From NCBI GenBank assembly GCA_964016885.1, contig OZ024758.1, positions 36,208,001 to 36,272,000 on the forward strand: a DNA stretch of 64,000 bases, read 5' to 3'. The notes beneath the pieces were generated by a model that worked only from the letters and a program-made list of their open reading frames with translations, was not told the DNA's origin and ran no database searches. The position numbers were made by a program, and so were the translations under genes. Below are positions 54,401-64,000 of this stretch, piece by piece (the stretch's first letter is position 1; each line of letters opens with the position of its first letter). This DNA comes from Eledone cirrhosa. Its lineage: Eukaryota.

Positions 54401-56850
54401 ATGTTGGTGAGAATTCATTTAAGTTCATGGTACTAGCTGTCAGAAGTAACTCCACTGTTGGTGAGAATTCATTTAAGTTCATGGTAATAGCTGTCAGAAG
54501 TAACTCCACTGTTGGTGAGAATTCATTTAAGTCATGGTATTAGCTGTCAGAAGTAACTCCAATGTTGGTGAGAATTCATTTAAGTCATGGTACTAGCTGT
54601 CAGAAGTAACTCCAATGTTGGTGAGAATTCATTTAAGTTCATGGTATTAGCTGTCAGAAGTAACTCCACTGTTGGTGAGAATTCATTTAAGTTCATGGTA
54701 TTAGCTGTCAGAAGTAACTCCACTGTTGGTGAGAATTCATTTAAGTCATGGTATTAGCTGTCAGAAGTAATTCCAATGTTGGTGAGAATTCATTTAAGTT
54801 CATGGTATTAGCTGTCAGAAGTCACTCCACTGTTGGTGAGAATTCATTTAAGTTCATGGTACTAGCTGTCAGAAGTAACCCCAATGTTGGTGAGAATTCA
54901 TTTAAGTTCATGGTATTAGCTGTCAGAAGTCACTCCAATGTTGGTGAGAATTCATTTAAGTTCATGGTATTAGCTGTCAGAAGTAACTCCACTGTTGGTA
55001 AGAATTCATTTAAGTTCATGGTATTAGCTGTCAGAAGTAACTCCACTGTTGGTGAGAATTCATTTAAGTTCATGGTATTAGCTGTCAGAAGGAACGCCAC
55101 TGTTGGTGAGAATTCATTTAAGTTCATGGTATTAGCTGTCAGAAGTAACTCCACTGTTGGTGAGAATTCATTTAAGTTCATGCTACTAGCTGTCAGAAGT
55201 AACTCCTATGTTGGTGAGAATTCATTTAAGTTCATGGTATTAGCTGTCAGAAGGAACTCCACTGTTGCTGAGAATTCATTTAAGTTCATGGTATTAGCTG
55301 TCAGAAGTAACTCCACTGTTGGTGAGAATTCATTTAAGTTCATGGTGCTAGCTGTCAGAAGTAACTCCACTGTTGGTGCGAATTCATTTAAGTTCATGGT
55401 ATTAGCTGTCAGAAGTAACTCCACTGTTGGTGAGAATTCATTTAAGTTCATGGTATTAGCTGACAGAAGTCACTCCACTGTTGGTGAGAATTCATTTAAG
55501 TTCATGGTACTAGCTGTCAGAAGTAACTCCAATGTTGGTGAGAATTCATTTAAATTCATGGTATTAGCTGTCAGAAGTAACTCCACTGTTGGTGAGAATT
55601 CATTTAAGTTCATGGTATTAGCTGTCAGAAGTAACTCCACTGTTGGTGAGAATTCATTTAAGTTCATGGTATTAGCTGTCAGAAGTAACTCCACTGTTGG
55701 TGAGAATTCATTTAAGTTCATGGTACTAGCTGTCAGAAGTAACTCCAATGTTGGTGATAATTCATTTAAGTTCATGGTATTAGCTGTCAGAAGTAACTCC
55801 ACTGTTGGTGAGTATTCATTTAAGTCATGGTATTAGCTGTCAGAAGTAACTCCACTGTTGGTGAGAATTCATTTAAGTTCATGGTATTAGCTGTCAGGAG
55901 TAACTCCACTGTTGGTGAGAATTCATTTAAGTCATGGTATTAGCTGTCAGAAGTAACTCCACTGTTGGTGAGAATTCATTTAAGTTCATGGTATTAGCTG
56001 TCAGAAGTAACTCCACTGTTGGTGAGAATTCATTTAAGTTCATGGTATTAGCTGTCAGAAGTAACTCCACTGTTGGTGAGAATTCATTTAAGTTCATGGT
56101 ATTAGTTTGTCAGAAGTAACTCCACTGTTGGTGAGAATTCATTTAAGTCATGGTATTAGTTGTCAGAAGTAACTCCAATGTTGGTGAGAATTCATTTAAG
56201 TTCATGGTACTAGCTGTCAGAAGTAACTCCACTGTTGGTGAGAATTCATTTAAGTTCATGGTATTAGCTGTCAGAAGTAACTCCACTGTTGGTGAGAATT
56301 CATTTAAGTCATGATACTGGCTGTCAGAAGTAACTCCAATGTTGGTGAGAATTCATTTAAGTTCATGGTATTAGCTGTCAGAAGTAACTCCACTGTTGGT
56401 GAGAATTCATTTAAGTTCATGGTATTAGCTGTCAGAAGTAACTCCACTGTTGGTGAGAATTCATTTAAGTCATGGTATTAGCTGTCAGAAGTAACTCCAA
56501 TGTTGGTGAGAATTCATTTAAGTTCATGGTATTAGCTGTCAGAAGTCACTCCACTGTTGGTGAGAATTCATTTAAGTTCATGGTACTAGCTGTCAGAAGT
56601 AACCCCAATGTTGGTGAGAATTCATTTAAGTTCATGGTACTAGCTGTCAGAAGTCACTCCAATGTTGGTGAGAATTCATTTAAGTTCATGGTATTAACTG
56701 TCAGAAGTAACTCCACTGTTGGTGAGAATTCATTTAAGTTCATGGTATTAGCTGTCAGAAGTCACTCCAATGTTGGTGAGAATTCATTTAAGTTCATGGT
56801 ATTAGCTGTCAGAAGTCACTCCACTGTTGGTGAGAATTCATTTAAGTTCA
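51030..56850 (+). repeat. Tandem higher-order duplication, period 2908 bp (54 monomers)
   Basis: ORF pairs are 51840/54748, 53026/55934 and 53564/56472. The markers AATTCCAAT, GGTGCGAAT, AATGTTGGTGATAAT and ATGATACTGG each appear in both copies. Confidence 0.92.
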
Positions 56851-58299
56851 TGGTACTAGCTGTCAGAAGTAACCCCAATGTTGGTGAGAATTCATTTAAG
56901 TTCATGGTATTAGCTGTCAGAAGTCACTCCAATGTTGGTGAGAATTCATTTAAGTTCATGGTATTAACTGTCAGAAGTAACTCCACTGTTGGTGAGAATT
57001 CATTTAAGTTCATGGTATTAGCTGTCAGAAGTAACTCCACTGTTGGTGAGAATTCATTTAAGTTCATGGTATTAGCTGTCAGAAGTAACTCCACTGTTGG
57101 TGAGAATTCATTTAAGTCATGGTATTAGCTGTCAGAAGTAACTCCAATGTTGGTGAGAATTCATTTAAGTTCATGGTATTAGTTGTCAGAAGTCACTCCA
57201 CTGTTGGTGAGAATTCATTTAAGTTCATGGTACTAGCTGTCAGAAGTAACCCCAATGTTGGTGAGAATTCATTTAAGTTCATGGTATTAGCTGTCAGAAG
57301 TCACTCCAATGTTGGTGAGAATTCATTTAAGTTCATGGTATTAGCTGTCAGAAGTAACTCCACTGTTGGTGAGAATTCATTTAAGTTCATGGTATTAGCT
57401 GTCAGAAGTAACTCCACTGTTGGTGAGAATTCATTTAAGTTCATGGTATTAGCTGTCAGAAGTAACTCCACTGTTGGTGAGAATTCATTTAAGTTCATGG
57501 TATTAGCTGTCAGAAGTAACTCCACTGTTGGTGAGAATTCATTTAAGTTCATGGTATTAGCTGTCAGAAGTAACTCCACTGTTGGTGAGAATTCATTTAA
57601 GTTCATGGTATTAGCTGTCAGAAGTAACTCCACTGTTGGTGAGAATTCATTTAAGTTCATGGTATTAGCTGTCAGAAGTCACTCCAATGTTGGTGAGAAT
57701 TCATTTAAGTCATGGTACTAGCTGTCAGAAGTAACTCCACTGTTGGTGAGAATTCATTTAAGTTCATTGTATTAGCTGTCAGAAGGAACGCCACTGTTGG
57801 TGAGAATTCATTTAAGTTCATGGTATTAGCTGTCAGAAGTAACTCCACTGTTGCTGAGAATTCATTTAAGTTCATGGTACTAGCTGTCAGAAGTAACTCC
57901 AATGTTGGTGAGAATCCATTTAAGTTCATGGTATTAGCTGTCAGAAGTAACTCCACTGTTGGTGAGAATTCATTTAAGTTCATGGTACTAGCTGTCAGAA
58001 GTCACTCCTCTGTTGGTGAGAATACATTTAAGTTCATGGTACTAGCTGTCAGAAGTAACCCCAATGTTGGTGAGAATTCATTTAAGTTCATGGTACTAGC
58101 TGTCAGAAGTAACTCCACTGTTGGTGAGAATTCATTTAAGTTCATGGTATTAGCTGTCAGAAGTCACTCCAATGTTGGTGAGAATTCATTTAAGTTCATG
58201 GTATTAGCTGTCAGAAGTAACTCCAATGTTGGTGAGAATTCATTTAAGTTCATGGTATTAGCTGTCAGAAGTCACTCCACTGTTGGTGAGAATTCATTT

Positions 58300-59810
58300 A
58301 AGTTCATGGTACTAGCTGTCAGAAGTAACCCCAATGTTGGTGAGAATTCATTTAAGTTCATGGTATTAGCTGTCAGAAGTCACTCCAATGTTGGTGAGAA
58401 TTCATTTAAGTTCATGGTATTAGCTGTCAGAAGTAACTCCACTGTTGGTGAGAATTCATTTAAGTTCATGGTATTAGCTGTCAGAAGTAACTCCACTGTT
58501 GGTGAGAATTCATTTAAGTTCATGGTATTAGCTGTCAGAAGTAACTCCACTGTTGGTGAGAATTCATTTAAGTTCATGGTATTAGCTGTCAGAAGGAACT
58601 CCAATGTTGGTGAGAATTCATTTAAGTCATGGTACTAGCTGTCAGAAGTAACTCCACTGTTGGTGAGAATTCATTTAAGTTCATGGTATTAGCTGTCAGA
58701 AGGAACTCCACTGTTGGTGAGAATTCATTTAAGTTCATGGTATTAGCTGTCAGAAGTCACTCCAATGTTGGTGAGAATTCATTTAAGTTCATGGTATTAG
58801 CTGTCAGAAGTAACTCCACTGTTGGTGAGAATTCATTTAAGTTCATGGTATTAGCTGTCAGAAGTAACTCCACTGTTGGTGAGAATTCATTTAAGTTCAT
58901 GGTATTAGCTGTCAGAAGTAACTCCACTGTTGGTGAGAATTCATTTAAGTTCATGGTATTAGCTGTCAGAAGGAACTCCAATGTTGGTGAGAATTCATTT
59001 AAGTCATGGTACTAGCTGTCAGAAGTAACCCCAATGTTGGTGAGAATTCATTTAAGTTCATGGTATTAGCTGTCAGAAGTCACTCCAATGTTGGTGAGAA
59101 TTCATTTAAGTTCATGGTATTAGCTGTCAGAAGTAACTCCACTGTTGGTGAGAATTCATTTAAGTTCATGGTATTAGCTGTCAGAAGTAACTCCACTGTT
59201 GGTGAGAATTCATTTAAGTTCATGGTATTAGCTGTCAGAAGTAACTCCACTGTTGGTGAGAATTCATTTAAGTTCATGGTATTAGCTGTCAGAAGGAACT
59301 CCAATGTTGGTGAGAATTCATTTAAGTCATGGTACTAGCTGTCAGAAGTAACTCCACTGTTGGTGAGAATTCATTTAAGTTCATGGTATTAGCTGTCAGA
59401 AGGAACTCCACTGTTGGTGAGAATTCATTTAAGTTCATGGTATTAGCTGTCAGAAGTCACTCCAATGTTGGTGAGAATTCATTTAAGTTCATGGTATTAG
59501 CTGTCAGAAGTAACTCCACTGTTGGTGAGAATTCATTTAAGTTCATGGTATTAGCTGTCAGAAGTAACTCCACTGTTGGTGAGAATTCATTTAAGTTCAT
59601 GGTATTAGCTGTCAGAAGTAACTCCACTGTTGGTGAGAATTCATTTAAGTTCATGGTATTAGCTGTCAGAAGGAACTCCAATGTTGGTGAGAATTCATTT
59701 AAGTCATGGTACTAGCTGTCAGAAGTAACTCCACTGTTGGTGAGAATTCATTTAAGTTCATGGTATTAGCTGTCAGAAGGAACTCCACTGTTGGTGAGAA
59801 TTCATTTAAG
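58300..59810 (+). repeat. Tandem higher-order duplication, period ~700 bp (13 monomers)
   Basis: Identical ORFs occur at 58629/59329, 58380/59080 (-) and 58757/59457 (-). Confidence 0.85.
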
Positions 59811-60569
59811 TTCATGGTATTAGCTGTCAGAAGTAACTCCACTGTTGGTGAGAATTCATTTAAGTTCATGGTATTAGCTGTCAGAAGTAACTGCACCGTT
59901 GGTGAGAATTCATTTAAGTTCATGGTACTAGCTGTCAGAAGTAACTCCAATGTTGGTGAGAATTCATTTAAGTTCATGGTATTAGCTGTCAGAAGTGACT
60001 CCACTGTTGGTGAGAATTCATTTAAGTTCATGGTATTAGCTGTCAGAAATAACTCCACTGTTGGTAAGAATTCATTTAAGTTCATGGTATTAGCTGTCAG
60101 AAGTAACTCCACTGTTGGTGAGAATTCATTTAAGTTCATGGTATTAGCTGTCAGAAGGAACGCCACTGTTGGTGAGAATTCATTTAAGTTCATGGTATTA
60201 GCTGTCAGAAGTAACTCCACTGTTGGTGAGAATTCATTTAAGTTCATGGTATTAGCTGTCAGAAGTAACTCCACTGTTGGTGAGAATTCATTTAAGTTCA
60301 TGGTATTAGCTGTCAGAAGTAACTCCACTGTTGGTGAGAATTCATTTAAGTCATGGTATTAGCTGTCAGAAGTAACTCCAATGTTGGTGAGAATTCATTT
60401 AAGTTCATGGTATTAGCTGTCAGAAGTCACTCCACTGTTGGTGAGAATTCATTTAAGTTCATGGTACTAGCTGTCAGAAGTAACCCCAATGTTGGTGAGA
60501 ATTCATTTAAGTTCATGGTATTAGCTGTCAGAAGTCACTCCAATGTTGGTGAGAATTCATTTAAGTTCA

Positions 60570-62400
60570 TGGTATTAGCTGTCAGAAGTCACTCCAATGT
60601 TGGTGAGAATTCATTTAAGTCATGGTACTAGCTGTCAGAAGTAACTCCACTGTTGGTGAGAATTCATTTAAGTTCATTGTATTAGCTGTCAGAAGGAACG
60701 CCACTGTTGGTGAGAATTCATTTAAGTTCATGGTATTAGCTGTCAGAAGTAACTCCACTGTTGGTGAGAATTCATTTAAGTTCATGGTACTAGCTGTCAG
60801 AAGTAACTCCAATGTTGGTGAGAATTCATTTAAGTTCATGGTATTAGCTGTCAGAAGGAACTCCACTGTTGCTGAGAATTCATTTAAGTTCATGGTATTA
60901 GCTGTCAGAAGTAACTCCACTGTTGGTGAGAATTCATTTAAGTTCATGGTACTAGCTGTCAGAAGTCACTCCACTGTTGGTGAGAATACATTTAAGTTCA
61001 TGGTACTAGCTGTCAGAATTAACCCCAATGTTGGTGAGAATTCATTTAAGTTCATGGTATTAGCTGTCAGAAGTCACTCCAATGTTGGTGAGAATTCATT
61101 TAAGTTCATGGTATTAGCTGTCAGAAGTAACTCCACTGTTGGTAAGAATTCATTTAAGTTCATGGTATTAGCTGTCAGAAGTAACTCCACTGTTGGTGAG
61201 AATTCATTTAAGTTCATGGTATTAGCTGTCAGAAGGAACGCCACTGTTGGTGAGAATTCATTTAAGTTCATGGTATTAGCTGTCAGAAGTAACTCCACTG
61301 TTGGTGAGAATTCATTTAAGTTCATGGTATTAGCTGGCAGAAGTAACTCCACTGTTGGTGAGAATTCATTTAAGTTCATGGTATTAGCTGTCAGAAGTAA
61401 CTCCACTGTTGGTGAGAATTCATTTAAGTTCATGGTATTAGCTGTCAGAAGTAACTCCACTGTTGGTGAGAATTCATTTAAGCTCATGGTATTAGCTGTC
61501 AGAAGTAACTCCACTGTTGGTGAGAATTCATTAAAGTTCATGGTATTAGCTGTCAGAAGGAACTCCAATGTTGGTGAGAATTCATTTAAGTTCATGGTAT
61601 TAGCTGTCAGAAGTAACTCCACTGTTGGTGAGAATTCATTTAAGTTCATGGTATTAGCTGTCAGAAGGAACTCCAATGTTGGTGAGAATTCATTTAAGTC
61701 ATGGTACTAGCTGTCAGAAGTAACTCCACTGTTGGTGAGAATTCATTTAAGTTCATGGTATTAGCTGTCAGAAGGAACGCCACTGTTGGTGAGAATTCAT
61801 TTAAATTCATGGTATTAGCTGTCAGAAGTAACTCCACTGTTGGTGAGAATTCATTTAAGTTCATGGTACTAGCTGTCAGAAGTAACTCCAATGTTGGTGA
61901 GAATTCATTTAAGTTCATGGTATTAGCTGTCAGAAGTAACTCCACTGTTGGTGAGAATTCATTTAAGTTCATGGTATTAGCTGTCAGAAGTCACTCCAAT
62001 GTTGGTGAGAATTCATTTAAGTCATGGTACTAGCTGTCAGAAGTAACTCCACTGTTGGTGAGAATTCATTTAAGTTCATTGTATTAGCTGTCAGAAGGAA
62101 CGCCACTGTTGGTGAGAATTCATTTAAGTTCATGGTATTAGCTGTCAGAAGTAACTCCACTGTTGGTGAGAATTCATTTAAGTTCATGGTACTAGCTGTC
62201 AGAAGTAACTCCAATGTTGGTGAGAATTCATTTAAGTTCATGGTATTAGCTGTCAGAAGGAACTCCACTGTTGCTGAGAATTCATTTAAGTTCATGGCAT
62301 TAGCTGTCAGAAGTAACTCCACTGTTGGTGAGAATTCATTTAAGTTCATGGTACTAGCTGTCAGAAGTCACTCCACTGTTGGTGAGAATTCATTTAAGTT
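60570..62400 (+). repeat. Higher-order block repeated at offset 1402 (26 monomers), with further relatives at ~57710 and ~63050
   Basis: ORF starts pair as 60622/62024. The TTCATTGTA-AGGAACGCC monomer occurs at ~57766, 60676, 62078 and 63103, each followed within a few units by GTTGCTGAG. Confidence 0.8.
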
Positions 62401-64000
62401 CATGGTACTAGCTGTCAGAAGTAACTCCACTGTTGGTGAGAATTCATTTAAGTTCATGGTATTAGCTGTCAGAAGTCACTCCAATGTTGGTGAGAATTCA
62501 TTTAAGTTCATGGTATTAGCTGTCAGAAGTCACTCCACTGTTGGTGAGAATTCATTTAAGTTCATGGTACTAGCTGTCAGAAGTAACCCCAATGTTGGTG
62601 AGAATTCATTTAAGTTCATGGTATTAGCTGTCAGAAGTAACTCCACTGTTGGTGAGAATTCATTTAAGTTCATGGTATTAGCTGTCAGAAGTAACTCCAC
62701 TGTTGGTGAGAATTCATTTAAGTTCATGGTATTAGCTGTCAGAAGTAACTCCACTGTTGGTGAGAATTCATTTAAGTCATGGTATTAGCTGTCAGAAGTA
62801 ACTCCAATGTTGGTGAGAATTCATTTAAGTTCATGGTATTAGCTGTCAGAAGTCACTCCACTGTTGGTGAGAATTCATTTAAGTTCATGGTACTAGCTGT
62901 CAGAAGTAACCCCAATGTTGGTGAGAATTCATTTAAGTTCATGGTATTAGCTGTCAGAAGTCACTCCAATGTTGGTGAGAATTCATTTAAGTTCATGGTA
63001 TTAGCTGTCAGAAGTAACTCCACTGTTGGTGAGAATTCATTTAAGTTCATGGTATTAGCTGTCAGAAGTAACTCCACTGTTGGTGAGAATTCATTTAAGT
63101 TCATTGTATTAGCTGTCAGAAGGAACGCCACTGTTGGTGAGAATTCATTTAAGTTCATGGTATTAGCTGTCAGAAGTAACTCCACTGTTGGTGAGAATTC
63201 ATTTAAGTTGATGGTACTAGCTGTCAGAAGTAACTCCAATGTTGGTGAGAATTCATTTAAGTTCATGGTATTAGCTGTCAGAAGGAACTCCACTGTTGCT
63301 GAGAATTCATTTAAGTTCATGGTATTAGCTGTCAGAAGTAACTCCACTGTTGGTGAGAATTCATTTAAGTTCATGGTACTAGCTGTCAGAAGTCACTCCA
63401 CTGTTGGTGAGAATACATTTAAGTTCATGGTACTAGCTGTCAGAAGTAACCCCAATGTTGGTGAGAATTCATTTAAGTTCATGGTATTAGCTGTCAGAAG
63501 TCACTCCAATGTTGGTGAGAATTCATTTAAGTTCATGGTATTAGCTGTCAGAAGTAACTCCACTGTTGGTAAGAATTCATTTAAGTTCATGGTATTAGCT
63601 GTCAGAAGTAACTCCACTGTTGGTGTGAATTCATTTAAGTTCATGGTATTAGCTGTCAGAAGGAACGCCACTGTTGGTGAGAATTCATTTAAGTTCATGG
63701 TATTAGCTGTCAGAAGTAACTCCACTGTTGGTGAGAATTCATTTAAGTTCATGGTACTAGCTGTCAGAAGTAACTCCACTGTTGGTGAGAATTCATTTAA
63801 GTTCATGGTATTAGCTGTCAGAAGTCACTCCAATGTTGGTGAGAATTCATTTAAGTTCATGGTATTAGCTGTCAGAAGTCACTCCACTGTTGGTGAGAAT
63901 TCATTTAAGTTCATGGTACTAGCTGTCAGAAGTAACCCCAATGTTGGTGAGAATTCATTTAAGTTCATGGTATTAGCTGTCAGAAGTCACTCCAATGTTG

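Larger units (their letters stand above)
1..64000 (+). repeat. Satellite DNA array, 54-bp monomer (EcoRI/AluI-containing), about 1,190 tandem copies, open at both window edges
   Basis: The motif ATGGTATTAGCTGTCAGAAGTAACTCCACTGTTGGTGAGAATTCATTTAAGTTC recurs every 54 bp (53 bp in the AAGTCATG variant) from the first to the last base, always in the same orientation. Monomers typically differ from consensus by 0-3 nt. Copy number is estimated as 64000/~53.8. Confidence 0.99.

Noticed and set aside
37-63806. All ORFs in the six-frame track as protein-coding genes
   Set aside because: They are translations of the 18-codon monomer. Starts and ends are set by the recurrent 1-bp indel variants, they overlap on both strands, and there is no unique N- or C-terminal domain or gene context.
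1-64000. CRISPR or CRISPR-like array (conserved part plus variable part)
   Set aside because: The variable part differs only by 1-3 recurrent substitutions. There are no unique spacers, leader or cas genes.
1-64000. Antigenic-variation cassette library, programmed frameshifting or phase-variable giant repeat protein
   Set aside because: There is no expression locus, recombinase or reverse transcriptase in the window. The -1 site is a TT-to-T change rather than a slippery tract, and it is inherited in duplicated blocks, as expected for neutral satellite variants.
1-64000. Tandem tRNA, 5S, snRNA or spliced-leader gene array, or telomeric repeat
   Set aside because: The 54-bp unit has no cloverleaf, recognisable Pol III boxes, spacer, long stem or G-rich telomeric motif.
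1-64000. CENP-B box or assignment to a named satellite or species
   Set aside because: The TTCG....A..CGGG motif is absent, and I do not recognise the consensus with confidence. A database search is needed.
1-64000. Hidden insertion, inversion or transposon fragment within the array
   Set aside because: Reading through found no non-monomer sequence or strand switch. Gaps in the ORF track (e.g. 20127-20692, 36574-36930) are simply clusters of indel-bearing units.
1-64000. Whole window as a sequencing artefact (rolling-circle or concatemer read) or synthetic construct
   Set aside because: Variants are hierarchical, linked and regionally shared across non-identical blocks, which fits real evolutionary history rather than random error. 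Individual near-identical duplications still need read validation.

Overview
The whole 64 kb window is one uninterrupted, single-orientation, head-to-tail tandem array of a 54-bp monomer. The consensus is ATGGTATTAGCTGTCAGAAGTAACTCCACTGTTGGTGAGAATTCATTTAAGTTC (20/54 = 37% GC; one EcoRI GAATTC and one AluI AGCT per unit; no CpG). There are roughly 1,190 copies, and the array runs off both ends of the window. I see no unique sequence, transposon, RNA gene, CRISPR spacer or credible protein-coding gene. Every ORF in the track arises because the monomer is 18 codons long with one stop-free frame on each strand, and these frames are broken by a common 53-bp (-T) variant. This is satellite DNA, most likely eukaryotic heterochromatic or (peri)centromeric (inference), and I cannot assign it to a named family or organism. 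The interesting structure lies in the variants. A small set of linked monomer haplotypes, a recurrent 215-bp tetramer, a length-neutral +1/-1 monomer, nested local duplications of 0.7-7 kb with non-fixed period, and regionally confined marker variants together record the array's expansion history. I found no evidence of a new gene-based system.
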